DNA of 64,000 nucleotides from Eledone cirrhosa (GCA_964016885.1 OZ024743.1:13578001-13642000), one strand, 5' to 3'; counted from the stretch's first letter, positions 25,286 through 41,119 are shown. Translations and numbers: made by a program. Notes: a model not told the origin generated them from the letters alone.

Positions 25286-27904
25286 TACATAATTAATAGA
25301 AGATACTCATACCCCTTTTATAGATTTCTAAATAATCACACTGCAAAAGGATGTGATAGAAAAAAATGTGTTAATGAAGTAATAAAAAAGCAGATAGCCA
25401 TCAGAAAAGGTCCACGAATTTAAAAATGGAAAATATATACACTCAAATTCCTGTATTGAGAACATTGGATTAAAATCGTGCTTCTCTCCAGTTTAAACTG
25501 GTATATTATCTGCTAAATACAACACAAGAGAATAAGTATACACACACACGCACACGCACACACATATATATATATATAAGTGTGTGTATATGTGCAAGAA
25601 CTTTCTTGCACACATTCACATGTCTTATTGCCGGTATACATACTAGTAAATAATCTGCATCTAGTTATTTACAAACACGGACAAAATCAAGTATGTGGTA
25701 TTTATTATATGGAACGACGAAGAGGAAATGTAAAAGAAATTTGAAATATTTTATGGAGATAAGTGAAATAAATGAAAAATAAAGCAGGTTTGAAAATTAA
25801 ATTTGATTTATACAAGTATTGGAAAGAAAGGGCAGGGAAAAGGGTAAAAGACAAAGAAAATGTACGAGTGAATTGAAGAAAACAAAGCAAAATGTATTCA
25901 GCTTATAGCAGGAATATATATAGAAATTGGAAAACAAGAAGAGGGTTGTGAGGAAGATATAAAGGTGCTGAGAATGGGCATTAATGTGTAGTATGAAGTA
26001 GAATACATAGAAGGAAGGACAAATATTCTTACAAAAAAGCTTAGTAAGAAAGTCATGAGATAGTGGCAGTGTAATACGAAGGGGAATCTTGTTGCGGGGT
26101 ATGGGGAGATGCTGTGTGTGTGTATGACAGTGAGGAATATACTTTTGAGTTCGTGTAGATAATTGTGATATGTACTGAAACACCGCATGAGGTGAGTTAA
26201 GGTTTTGAAAAAGAAGATAAGTTTAAAGGGAAAGAAGGGGTTGTAAGGTGGAAGAAAGTTAGGAGAAGTCGACTGAAATCTATTCAACATGACATGAAAT
26301 GTGATTAAACATCTATATGTTTGCTAATTTAAATATGATTTATATAACAAAGCTCAAAGTTTATTTTGAAAATCATCGCGATTTTGGAGGGATCATCACA
26401 AGACTTACTAGGAATATCGATTTATATAGCAGCTTATTTAATATACGAAAAAAAAAAAAAATGAAAAACGTTAGAATCCGATATTCCAAACTCAGAATAC
26501 GAAGTTTATTATAGATATTTATGTAAAAAAGATGAATGCTTTCATGTAGTGGGAGAAAATATGGAAGGCAAAAGAAAGATAGATTTGGTTAGCAGGTAAA
26601 ACAAATGACAATTTCTATGTGCTTGCACTTAGGAACATCTATACCTATATATATTAGTTATTCGTTATGGAAATATACCTCAAGCGATACCTCTTTTGAT
26701 AAGCTTACTGTCTTGTACAAAATATTTATCAATAGAAACGTTGTCACCCAACTATATAATGAATATTTGCACCGAGAGATGTATTGGGAACATTTTACTT
26801 TGTTTTAAATAGCAATTACAATTTATAAAGAGAGTCAGTTACTGCATTAAGAACACGATTATACGAATGATCTAACGGTGTTCTTTGTTTAATCAATTAC
26901 TACTCAAACTATAACAATTATGTTTTCGGCTTATTTGAGTTCAAGTGGGAGGTAAGAAAGAGGTGCGTAACCTTGACAACAACCAAACAGCCAGAAACAG
27001 CTGTCAGTTGCTTGCCCTTGCTTCTGCTGTAACATGTCATAACCATTAACATTCATAACTAAATGCTTCCAAATGTTTATTCGTAAACATGCCATATATT
27101 ATGTAATATACAAACATCACATACATGTATATATATACAGCTATATTAGAGTGAACATCCTAATTCTGATATATATATATATATATATAAATGTATATGC
27201 GTGTGTGTATGTAACTTGTGTGTATGGGGGGGGGGGTCTGTCAATTTATAAGTTGATAAGTTATTCATTTTCACACCGTTATTCATTCGTCCCACAGAAA
27301 TCGAGTATTCTTTACAATATTCCGGTTATTTGCATCATTACCTGATTCGATGCAATCGCAGTAAGATAAAATAAGAATGATCTCAATTAATTGTTTCGAA
27401 GGCAATTCTTGTCAAGCCTATTAGTTGTCTAATTTTACACGCCTAACGAATATTAATAAAACAACGTCACCATTAAATACAATTACATATGTAGATATCC
27501 TATTGCATTAATTTCCAGTCAAAAGTAGAAGCGGCAAACGCATTAAATATAAAGTTTCATATGGTATTTTCAGGGTTTCGTCCCAAAATCTACAAGTCAG
27601 TTACCATGTACACTATTCCTTACGCTGCACCATATTCCTGTCTATTAAATTAAACTTCTACAAACGGTAAAAACGTTTTAAATGATGTGTTTCGTTTCTA
27701 TATATTGTTGTGGAAAGTTTTCCACTCTCCATCATCGAAAAAATATATTAGATCCAGTTTGTTTAAAATTGAAGGGAGATATTGTAAAGTGATAAATTAA
27801 CTTTTCAAAACAAATCATAATGTAACATAATTTCCTGTCATTTGAAAATCAGGTTACCCATGTAACATTTCACTCGTTGAAATGAGGTAATGAAACATTA
27901 TAGC

Positions 27905-28081
27905 CGTGGATTGGCAGTATCGGTGGAGGGTCGGACGCCATGCTTTCCAGCATAGTTACGTCCCTTTACGATCTGAGTTCAAATCCCGCCGAGGTTGACT
28001 TTGCCTTTCATCCTTACGGGGTCGATAAAATAAAGTACCAGTAATGTAATTGCTGGCCTTGTGCCTAAAGTAGAAACAATT
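27905..28081 (+). mobile_element. tRNA-derived SINE
   Basis: Near consensus; TSD attatagccg. Confidence 0.95.
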
Positions 28082-28367
28082 ATAGCCGATCCCATTGACT
28101 CATGCGCTTGATATGAGGTCTGGTAATTATTTAATAAATGTTGTTTTGCCGAGCAACAAATTACACAAGATAAGTAGACACAAACACAGACTTGAACTGT
28201 CCCCCTACAACGTTTCAAATACATAGCATTTGTAACTCGAGAGCTATAGTAGAAACCACATGCCTAGATTGACACGCTGTACACTGTTAACGCAATCACG
28301 AGTTTGCATCGTGATCTTAATCATACTTACCATTCTCTCTCGCTCTCTCCCCCCCCCCCCTCTCTCC

Positions 28368-28415
<48 letters not shown>

Positions 28416-28444
28416 ATTATGTAATAAACAACATAAGGCAATTA

Positions 28445-28504
28445 TTCCATTTACCAGTGGTTTCTTAAAAGCAAAAGGTTTTGCTTTCAATCCTCAGAAT
28501 GAAA
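28445..28504 (-). ncRNA. Type-I hammerhead ribozyme in a Penelope-like terminal repeat
   Basis: Reverse complement: tttcatt CTGAGGA ttgaaagcaaaa-cc-ttttgcttttaa GAAAC cactg GTA aatggaa; all three stems pair. Confidence 0.8.
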
Positions 28505-28609
28505 AAATCCTGGTTTGTTTATTGAATTTGGATTTTAAAAAACAAAAATGCTATCTATATGAAAGTGAGGCTGGAGAAGGAAGAAGGAAAGGAAAAATAA
28601 AATAAAACT

Positions 28610-29665
<1,056 letters not shown>

Positions 29666-29746
29666 AACTCAGTCTTAGAAAATTCAAATGAACCTTACAT
29701 AAACGTATATATAGTAGTAAAGTAATAAAGCAACATAAGGCAATTA

Positions 29747-29806
29747 TTCCATTCACTACTGGTTTCTTAAAAGCAAAAAATTTCTCCTTCAATCTTCAGA
29801 ATGAAA
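29747..29806 (-). ncRNA. Hammerhead ribozyme homologue (cleavage triplet changed to GUG)
   Basis: Reverse complement: tttcatt CTGAAGA ttgaaggagaaattttttgcttttaa GAAAC cagta GTG aatggaa; diverged copy of 28445-28504. Confidence 0.65.
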
Positions 29807-29874
29807 AAAACCTGGTTTATCCACATATACATACATATACACACACAAATATACATATATATACACATACACAT

Positions 29875-29947
<73 letters not shown>

Positions 29948-30141
29948 CACACCAATATACATACACATACACATAGGTATGCGGATGTCAAGGCAAAAAG
30001 AATATATGGGGGGGGGGAGCAAAAGAGGAGGTAAAATATAAGGGGAGGTAAGGGAGAAAAAAAAAAGTAAATATACAAGAGTACAGAACGTAGAATCAGC
30101 AAAATAAAAACCGTAGCAGAAGTAATGAGCAGGGAAGGAGT

Positions 30142-30660
30142 TCAAGGCGGTTGATTTATCATAGGAGTGTCAATCCAGTTACAGATCAGATGCGATTTCA
30201 GATGAAGACAGCATCTGAAGATCTCAGTCTTTGAGTTAAGGCAAGCGGAAGTGGCTCTCAAGTTTAGCAAAATCCTATACTTTTCTGTGGTACACAAAGA
30301 ACAATTCTTTGTGCCCCTTTGGTACTCCCTCGAATGGTCTAATATAGACCAATCAATAGAGTACGGGATGTTACTATCCTTGAGTTCCCACACCTTACTT
30401 GCGAGGGCCGTTGATGTTCGTTTATCGGAGTGCTTAAAAGAAGCGACATGTGAGTAAAATCTGGTTTTAAACCTGTCCTGGGTCATACCGACATATCGCT
30501 CACTCCTGGCTGGCTGGTTGTTGATTACTGGTGTTATCTTAGCCTCATAAACGACAGATTTGGTGTTACATTTACCCTGCAATGGGCATTCATCCGGCTT
30601 CCTGCAACTGCATCCTGGATTTATTCTCGTACGGTTTGAACTGGTGATTTTGGACTTCAT
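30142..30660 (-). pseudogene. GIY-YIG endonuclease domain of the Penelope-like element
   Basis: CSCRKPDECPLQGKC..VVYEA…YVGMTQDRFKTRFYSHVASF..W.I…CSLCTTEK..C.H; open frame of 172 aa. Confidence 0.9.
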
Positions 30661-31409
30661 AGATGGGCAACAAGAGTAGCTGGTCTTAACTACATTCCTA
30701 TTAAATATCTTATAATATCTATGATTAGGAGGAAAATGTTTGTCTAATAGTTCAAGGAATTTCCTTCCTACATTAGTTTTGACAGTTAGAGAGAAGGGGG
30801 GTGTGAACCAAATAATCTTCCTTTTCCTGTTATTGTGGTTAGTTTTAGGGGGGGGGGGGGGGGAGTAGGTAAATAAGACATTTTTTCTGTAAAACCGCTG
30901 TTCTTAAGGGCTTTATTAAAAATGTCTATAGACAAAGATAAGGTAGAAATCCTACGGCTAATGTTAGGAATAAGATTATTAAAAACTATAGGGGGATGGC
31001 AAGACTCTTTGTGTATATACCTAAGATTTTCATTAGGTTTATGATAGGGTTTAAAAGAGGCAGTAAGTAGATCAAGATTAATATCAAGAAAGTCAGCATT
31101 AGTAGGGTTCGTATCTATAGTAATTTTAAGGTTAAGATTAGCAAAAGTATTGATTAAATCTTTACGGAATTTATCAAGGTTATGGCCGTTGGTGGTATGA
31201 GAAACTGCTCATCCGTCATCACGGTATAAACCGATATTATGGGACGGAAATTTCTCTTTGAGTGTGTGGAGAAGGAATAATCCTACTAAGTCACACACAT
31301 CCGCACTGTCATATGATGCAAATGAGATTAATCACCTCATTTACACAGACGAGAAACCTATATATTCTCGCATGTCTTCTAGTCCAACAGTCGCAAGCGT
31401 AGCTTTAGA

Positions 31410-31471
<62 letters not shown>

Positions 31472-31784
31472 ATATATATATGTGTGGGATTTGGATTCTG
31501 TCGATCAATTGGTTATGGATGCGCCGATTATGCATTGTTGCATAATATATGCAGACAGAGGGTGCAGTGCACCCTACTACTGCATTGATTGTGACCGAAA
31601 CTCGAGTCCGGGCATTATTATAGGCACCCGTGTTACGTGTGTTGTATTGAAGCGAATAACTATGTGTATACTCTGGGAATGTATGGTACATTACCTATTG
31701 AGTACGCTGAGATACAAACGCTCCTGGCATTGATAAATATGGTGGGTCCGTCAACTCCTTATTATATATATATATATACATCAT

Positions 31785-31962
31785 TGGATTGGCAGTATCG
31801 GTAGAGAGTCGGACGCCATGCTTTCCAGCATAGTTACGTCCATTTACGATCTGAGTTCAAATCCCGCCGAGGTTGACTTTGCCTTTCATCCTTACGGGGT
31901 CGATAAAATAAAGTACTAGTAATGCACTGGGTAATTGCTGGCCTTGTGCCTAAAATAGAAAC

Positions 31963-31966
<4 letters not shown>
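31785..31966 (+). mobile_element. tRNA-derived SINE
   Basis: Near consensus; tail runs into (TA)n. Confidence 0.95.
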
Positions 31967-31997
<31 letters not shown>

Positions 31998-32438
31998 ATG
32001 AGGATTATGAGGATTTTGAACTCGTGTTTGGCGCGGGCCACTTCAGAAAATAATGTCCTAGCGAGTTTGTCCCCTGAAGAGTTCGAAACTCGAGATTTAT
32101 CCTTAATATGATATCTCAAAATGAGAACGACACCCAAGGGTCGGGACGTAATCCTGGTATGTATATAAACATTTCTAACTTTAATTTTATACCTAATTGT
32201 GTATGGTTGACCGTATATTTAATTAAGTTCCACGTGCTGTTGAACGGTTGGGTAAAATTCTATAGCGGTTGGCCGCGAAGAGATTGCTATCGTTTATTTA
32301 TTTACTTTTTCTTCATAGGTGTGTTTTAATCTTATAGCCTGGTCTACTTGATTTTTTGTGTTGTTAATTATGCTAATTGGGAGAGGAAATGATGTATATA
32401 TACTATCAAATGATTCTATGGACATACTTTACTTTATA

Positions 32439-32493
<55 letters not shown>

Positions 32494-35046
32494 CATATAT
32501 ATATATACATATAGTGAAATATAGAACATATTTTGCTTATAGCTTAATACTCTTATAAATGGAAGATGCACTGAGTCGTATAGGTTTCAGTCTATAATAC
32601 AATTTTGAACGTAGCATTGCTTAAAATCAGCGTGGTGCATGTATATGAACCAATTATAATTATGTGTTAGGGTACCACGAGTCAGTAATGCAAACTGTTG
32701 ATAAATAGATTTAAAAGTTGTCCTCTACAACATTTATATGTTTAATATTTTTACTTATACAATTCTCTGTCCATTGATCAACGTAGGCCAGAAGATTCTG
32801 TTCATGGAAATTCAATATTTTTGTGAAATGAATTTTTAATTGATAATAATTATCTCTTCTTTACATTGAAAGATGCTGACAATTATCTTTAGATTACTGT
32901 TTACTTTCTTTAACTAGTGATTTGAATTTCTTTAGAATGAGCTGTGTCCACAATTTAGTACATCACAACCTACCTAAATTATCTAAATCCATTCGCTGGC
33001 AAACTTGATTTATTTCCCTGAAATAACTATTTTGTAGTTATGCATCGTATACGGGCCAAATGTCTACATAACTAATTTTCCCCTTTTTACTGATCTAAAG
33101 AGCCTGTAGCTGTCAAATTATCTACACACAAGGGTCAGGATTTTCCTCTATGCTTAGAATTTGCATTGTTTATGAAATTAATTAAAAACAAGGATTGCTT
33201 TTCCTTTTCTTTGAGAATCACTAAAAGTTGTGACTAGATTTCGTTTACTAGTTCCAGCCATGAGACACATGTTCAATCCATTAAAAACTACTTGAGTTCT
33301 CATTCAATAGCTACACGTGAATATATAAATGAACACATAGTTTCTGATAACATATTTTCTGAGTAATGTTTTTAAAGCTCTCGTCTTGTAAGTCTAAAGT
33401 TTTGATGTTCATGTTTATTCACAACATAATTCTTGAAAGTTTAACCCCTGATATATTCGTTAGTGTGCCTCAGGCATGTAAACCTGACAGAATCCATTTT
33501 TTCCCAAGTGATATCAACAGGAATCGACTCCAGTAGTCAACTGGGAAATTATTTATTTACTAATCGTATTGGAAAAGATGAAATGCCTAATAGACGCCGG
33601 TGGATTTGAAATCAGAAAACTGGAAGGAAATTGTAAAACTTCTATCCGACTGTATAAACACCAATTCACCAGTTTAAACATTTTATGAGATAAGTGCTAC
33701 ATATATTATTTCACATTATAGTGACACACCTGCATGTCGAAGGTAAAATATAAACCTCTCGATATTTCAACATGTGACTTAAAGGGAAGTGATAAATTAA
33801 GATTAGGCTTCAATTTTGTTTTTCTTTCCTCGTTTCTGCAGTATCTATTCTATTAATATAAGTTTCGTAAATTAATTCTGCAGTATCTATTTTATTAATA
33901 TAAGGCAGTAAATTAACAGACGCTATGAAATGCCGGACAAAGTACGTAACAGCATATATTCTTGTGGTGCTATTGAAATCCTGTTCAGTTCACTTTTACC
34001 ATTTATTCTTTCGGAATATATATGAATTAACAGTATTATATTCATATCGATTAGACTAATTTCACACGTACCATCATCACCAGCATTAAATTATAAATTC
34101 AATTTGTGCCTAGTCAAAAAAGGCATTATAGAATACGAATGAAACATCTGTATTTATTTAACTTACTACTTCATCTTTTGTGTAAAACTGTTTGAAGGTA
34201 GAATTTATACCGCATCGGCTTGCTCTTTCCTACTTTAGAGACATTTGTCTTTATCAACGTTACTCATAATTTTATTCATAAAATATATAAAACTTATTAG
34301 AAAAACGAAAATGAAATGCAATAACACCAGAATGATATTTCGTTTGAGTTTGTTATAATAATAAATGTCATGCAATCTAGTTTCCCTGAAATATATATCA
34401 GATGGTTTGCATTAATAAGGCGGATCTGGGGATTATACTGTTTATATCAGATCTAAGTAATGCTTTCAAAGGAAAATAACATGTTACAAGTGTGTGCATA
34501 TTACCATGATTCCAGCATACCACTAAAAGCACCACCGACACCAATTTTCCAGTTATTTCTGATATAAAAAGGAAAAATACCCAGAGATGTGAAATAAATA
34601 TACATGAAATAGATCAGCTTATTGTATCGATCCTTTTATGATAATACGCATTGTATAATTTGTACTGCGAATTGAATACGAAATCCTTTTGCTGATTTTG
34701 ATATGAACATTGTCCTCGATCTGACAACCTGTTAAAAATATAGTCTTATGGCCATTACATGCAATTGTTTGTTACAACAGTGTATTTCATTTACTCGGAA
34801 GGAAATTTGAGTTGCATGTCAATTTCGGGTGCGCGAGTATGTCAGCAAATTTAAAGAAAGTTCTTACGCATTTCAATTTCACACTTACGTGTAATGGAAT
34901 TTTATTCTGTCTGACGTGTAAATAGAGCGGTCAGTTGAGAAGAAGCTAAGTACATGTTTTCCAATAATAGTTCTGTTAAAATTAGTTTTACTGTACGCTT
35001 ATACATACATGCATGCGCGAGCGCACACACAACACACATATACACA

Positions 35047-35086
<40 letters not shown>

Positions 35087-35177
35087 AAGATATCCACAGA
35101 AGTAATATATATATATATATATATATAGGAAAAAAATGATAGATAGAGAAGGATCGAAAGAAATGAAGAAAGCTGGC

Positions 35178-35281
<104 letters not shown>

Positions 35282-35424
35282 TAGAGAGAAATGAACAGTC
35301 ATTTACTTCAGAAGCATTGGAAAATCGAATCCTGAAATGCAGACGTTCCAGCGCAGATATGTCCATAATAAGCGTTTATCAACACGAATAATAATTTTTG
35401 CATACTAGTAAAATTCTCATCTAT

Positions 35425-36620
35425 CATCTATAGTCTTGCTCGATGCGAGTGGTGTCATCGTGGTCAGTGCTCCAAGATGCGTCATCGTACGTAAAGCCGA
35501 CTGGGTCCACCAGTGCTCTGCATCATTCGTGGTCCTGTGCCAGCCTCTATGCGTCCCCCAAGATGTCGAGCCTCTGGAAATCTTCTTTAATCATGTCTAG
35601 CCATCTAATGTGTGGCCTGCCGTAGGGCCTCTTTCAGCCCACCTCAAGTGTATCACACGAGACTATGGCCCTGCCGGATACGATGATCTGGTAGGAGGTG
35701 GTGGACATGTCCGTACCAGCTGGTATGGTGGATGGCTGAGGTCTCCATTGCTGGTAACTTTGAGCCTAACTAGATGAAGGAGCTAACAAAGCCCACGATG
35801 CCGGGGCCTATATGGAGCGGGGAATGATCAAGGCCATCAATGTCATTCTTCAGCTTGGTCTTCGTCCAACTCACCTGAAGTCCAAACTTTGCTGATTCCT
35901 CCTGCTATATGGTCAGTCCGACCCTGAGCGAGTTTCTGACGAGGATGTTAATCTTCGCTTACTCTAGGTCGTTGAGATGGTAGTTCCAGAAGCTAACACC
36001 GGGGACTGGCTCACAGGCCTTGGCCATCAGATATTCTATGACACTGTTGAAAAGATCGGGGGCGGCCATGCAGCCCTGTGTGACAAGGCTGTTGATGGGT
36101 TGGAGTCCTTCCTGTCCACCCACACGCAGTTTGGCACTGCTATAAATGTCAGAAATGTGGTAAACGGTAGAGGTATTTCGTATAAATACATCTTGTTCGT
36201 GGATGTTGCTTTTAATTGTAGGAAGGGAACAGCTGAGGAGTATACCAATGGAGAGTTTGTTTGGAAAGGAAAAGAAGGAGATGCTCCCGTGCTTGCTGCA
36301 GACAAGTTTGTCGGCTTTTCGCTTCCAGAAGGGGAGGAGGATGTCCCCGGTCCAGTCATTTGAGAGCCGTTCTAATACCCAGACAGGTTGATGATGGGGG
36401 TGAGCCACTGTATCATGTATCCTCAGAGGTGATAGAGCAGATTCTAGGGGTTTTTGGTTGTCAACCGTCTTCAGCCTTTCTCTTCATAATACAGTCGTCT
36501 GAATGGATTCCCGACTAACCATCACCGCAGACACAGCCGCAACCAACGACACTTGAAGACGCGATGTTGTCACTCCCAACGAAGTCAGTGTTGCCTTGAA
36601 GAAGCTCAGAAACATGACCA
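35425..36620 (-). mobile_element. Degenerate RTE-clade LINE (RT to 3' end)
   Basis: DWTGDILLPFWKRKADKLVCSKHGSISFFS, VTQGCMAAPDLFN..LNDLE, and RPYGRPHIRWLD. Confidence 0.8.
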
Positions 36621-39139
36621 TAAGGACGGGAAAATGAAGCATTTTATCTACAAACACATGCTACTGTATTGTAAAATCTATATCCCAACATGTGTTTTGA
36701 ATGGGATAAATATGTGATTTCCTGTGTCGATATACGAATATGACCTCATTGACGAGGGCAATGTGTACGCTTAATGATCGGACGTCGCTAGAGCAAGAGC
36801 AAAATATAGCAATGAGCGTGCAGTTTCTCCGAAGTAACCATCCTACACAGTTGTTGAAACATTGAGGCGTGTAATTAGAACATCTAATCTCTGTATTTTA
36901 GATAAACTCTGAAGTGTAATTACAACAACTAATTGCTGTGTCACCACATCAATTGATGATGTATGCATGCAACCAACACTGAATTTAGCTATAACAAAAT
37001 TACAATGATCATTAAGCTCTTTCAAATCAAACATATCTAAGCTATTTCATTATAGCCACGAGAGAGCTGTTTCATTAAAACTCTCAATGATATGTCTCAT
37101 TACAACTACACACAAGATGTCTCCTTTTAATTAACTCTAAGTTCGTTATTATAACTATCACAACGTTCTCGCTTCCAGTATGTCTATGCTGGCTACAACG
37201 GTCACTGAACTGTATCATTTTGATCCCCAATGTACAATCGTTGCAAACCTAATTACGATATGGCTTTCTAACAATCTGTCATTACAAAAACTTCTAAATT
37301 GTTCGTTCTATAAAATCTGTTGTTGAGATTTGTTAATCCAGCAATTGATGTTGTGTCTTTTCAAATACAGAGCTTAGTCGTTACAACAAAACACGCAGAC
37401 GTTTCAGTACAACCTCAGCTGAGTTCAGTCATTAATACTTTAGAGCTGGGACATTAAAGCCGACACTGAACAGTTTTCTAACGACCATCAGTTATCTGTT
37501 TCAATTCAAAGAGAGTTATGCTGATCTGTGCGTGTCCTCACAACCTCTTCGTGTTTGTCTATGAGAAATGCAAATGACATGATCATAATAGAAATGGCTG
37601 ATATATTTTCACAACTACCACTAAGCTGAGTAATTACAAAATTGAGTTGTTTCATTACAAATATCATGGCATTTTATCATTTTAAATATTAATATCCATT
37701 ATTTTTAATTCAACCAGCACTAAAATGAACTGTAGTCATTATGATACACGTAGTGTAATTTCAACCACCACCAAGCGGTGTAGTTACAACCACTATTGAA
37801 CAGAAATTTAGACAAACCACTGAGCTTCCACATTAATACAGCCAATTAAAACCCCAATTTAGACCTACCAATTAAAACCCCATTTAGCTCTATCTTTACA
37901 AACACTACTGTTGTTTGCCATAGGCAAACCTCTGGTGTTAAGTCTAGTGCCTCGAGGAATATTCGACACCTTTCCCTGAAATCGAACACTACAGGCATAA
38001 ATTAGAAAAACGTAATCAGTAATCGAATAAGCTGCATATTGCATAAACTAAGAAAAATCCTGCTCGGTGAAAAACTCAATGTATTTTCACACTTCAATAT
38101 TATAAAACTATAAATGTTTCGATGTAGTAAAATAAAACTATAGAATAGCTAATGGAAATCTATAGTTCTAATATATTTTACTCCGGAGTAATTAGCGCCT
38201 GGTATGAAAAAGTCCTGCAGTACAATATTAAACATATGTTGGAGATATTAAATAATACATTCTAACTAATGCCTTGAGATATTATTAAAATTGTAATGCT
38301 TTTTCCGTGATGCAAATAATATATTGCAAATTTGCGTACTAATCAATAGGTAAACACAGGTGCAACTCAAATTATTCCCCTCAATATTTCAGATCCCACT
38401 ATGAATGAAACCATTGAAATGCGAGGTAATCCTGCATTGTACAATTTAAAATTGATGTGAAATAGATATGCGAACAGAATCTTGCTCATTAAAAATCTAC
38501 TAATTCGAAGGCTAAGGAGAAATTCGGGACTACTTTGATATAGATATACGATATCAAAACGAATATTAGCGTAATGTAAACATACTTTTGAATATCAGGT
38601 GACTATTTTTAATAGTAGATTCTGAAACCTTAACATACGTTATACAGAGGCTGATCATTCCATATACAGATAACGAAAATAAAAATAACGAACCGAACGC
38701 AAACAACAGAAAAGCAGGCAATTGACATAAAGATGGTAAAGAAAAAAAAGAAAACTACGCTGATAAACCTATCATTTGAAGCAAAAAGGTAACAGACACA
38801 ACGACAAAATCGCCTCGGAGTATAACGACGGAATACGGCAAACACAATTATGAATAGAAGAGAAAATCAAAAACTACCTAAGTCCAAGGAGTTAGAATGA
38901 TTAAAATTGACAGATTATGTTTATAGAGAAAAACGGTTTGTCGCAAAGATGAAAGATAATCATAAAATAGCATCAAAAATATAAACAAAACAAAAAGTAG
39001 ACGTAAACAATAGCGACATATGCCACATGAGAACGTTTAAACTCTCTGAGAACTATTAGTATCAGAATATCAAACTCAAGAGAACAATATGGAGATAGAT
39101 AATAAGAATATATTACACATTGTATTATAAATAATACGA

Positions 39140-39270
39140 CGGTGGATTGTAGTGCGTCGGAAACATGCTTTGCAGCATAGAGTTACGGCCTTTTCTGCTC
39201 TGTGTTTCAATCCCGCCAAGGTTAGCTTTGTCTACTCTTACAGGGTAGATCAAATAAATCACCAGTAATA
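39140..39270 (+). mobile_element. Degenerate SINE
   Basis: ggtggattg..catgctttgcagcatagagttacggcc..atcccgccaaggttagctttg. Confidence 0.7.
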
Positions 39271-41086
39271 TATTGACAATTGCATCGGAGTGTCTTGATC
39301 TGTGTCAATATTGTGTAATCTGCTCGTTCTACTACCCAGTGAAACTGCTGAGAATACATAGTATTCTCAAATGTATACATCGGCTGATTAGCCTCATTTA
39401 CATACCGAAAGATTTTACGGCCGGCTTTGCCGAAAATAAAAAAAAGAATTGTTTTCGTTCTTAATGTGGTAGATACCTAAATGTATTTGTAAGTGAATAA
39501 AAGAATGACGTTGTCATCTACCACGTATATTAATAATGTTATGAAATTATTATAATATTATTACCATGCACTCACGAATTCATTTAGGGATCCACGTTTA
39601 GAGCGAAAACGAATTTCTAGTACACTAGTCTCAGAAAATATTTCTCGAGACGAGGACAGAGCAATTGCTTGCACTTAATTGTATTTGAAGATTTAATTTT
39701 CAAATTGAAATTGCTGACATTTTTAGATGATTTTCTAATTTCCCAGGTATTCAAATTGCTTCGAAGACGCCTTTTATTTCCTGCCTGATTTTTCATCAAA
39801 TGATATTGATCATACTAGAATAATTATTGAGTTTAATCGAAACATATTCTACTCCATAATTACTACTGTATGGAAGATGAACAACCATCAATTGAATGCC
39901 TTAACAATAACTAGTTATTGAGCCATTTCTTCAATATCTGTGACATAGGATGACATTATTGGGGTTTCTCAATCCCATTGTACTTCAATATCATCGAAGG
40001 AAAATGAAATGTGATAAGTGTTCACTGTTGATTTAAACAGAATATTCATTTCCCAATGACGTTGGGTAGTCATTTAATGTATACTTCTAAATGTCGTTCT
40101 CAGCAATTTCACGTGATACGTCACAAACAACAAATATGTATATAATGATTTAAAAATAAAAATAAGAAGACATTGTATTAATTCAAATGAATTAAGGAAT
40201 ATAAATATATCACGGTCTCATGTCACTAGTCATTCAGTAATTGCTACCTTTCCTCGGCATTATTTACATAGATGAAAGAACGGAATATATTATTAATACA
40301 CGGCTGTAAATAATTTAATAAAAATTAATTGATACGAACATTGTGTTAAAAACCTTTGAACTTTATATAACATTTCCAATATTTTGAATGTTATTGATTG
40401 TTATTAACCAAAAAGCAGACGAAACATAAAACAGGATTTTAAAAATAACCGAAATGTAAAAAGCTAAGACGCATAAAGAAAATCGGATAAAACGATTTTT
40501 TGATTCCAATTTTTTTTTTTTTTTTTGATAATTTAGTAATGATTTCATGAAAGCAGATAAAGAAGCTAAATAATAATTTGAACTTTTTACTCCTTTATAA
40601 TTTTATGTTTTAAGACTACTTGAATTTCGTTCTTATAGTAACATTCCTAACGTTCTATTTTATTTGTTTTCAAATTGAATATTTTCAATTTCATTTCACA
40701 ACAACACTTAGACCAAACAAAAGAATTTAGCCTCTGGTGAGATTATTCCAATAATCATCTCCAAAACTGAAAATAAAAACAACTATAAAATAAGTATTTT
40801 CAAGTATTCCGTTGATACCAATTTTAAGAAAATGATAGGAAAATTGACATTTGGTTTTAAAAAATAGAAATTACTGAAAAAAATACAAAGTTGGCTTTAG
40901 AGGAATGCTATTCATTGAAACATTTATCATTATCTTTATGAATAGTTTCAAAACACCACACTCCGAATAGTTTTTAACTAGTGTTTGTAAAACAGATACT
41001 ATTATTGCACACACACAGATATATATATATGTATATATACATACGTACACACACGCACACACACAACACACATATATACAAACACG

Positions 41087-41119
<33 letters not shown>

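Larger units (their letters stand above)
29700..31360 (-). mobile_element. 5'-truncated Penelope-like element (RT C-terminal half + GIY-YIG + 3' repeat with hammerhead)
   Basis: SYDSADVCDLVGLFLL..IGLYRDDG, DFLDINLDL..FKPYHKPN..YIHKESCHPP, IIWFTPPFSLTVKTNVG; flanked by (TA)n. Confidence 0.9.

Noticed and set aside
25700-26290. 128-130 aa minus-strand ORFs
   Set aside because: Purine/pyrimidine-skewed low-complexity sequence; at best a decayed PLE with no convincing motif.
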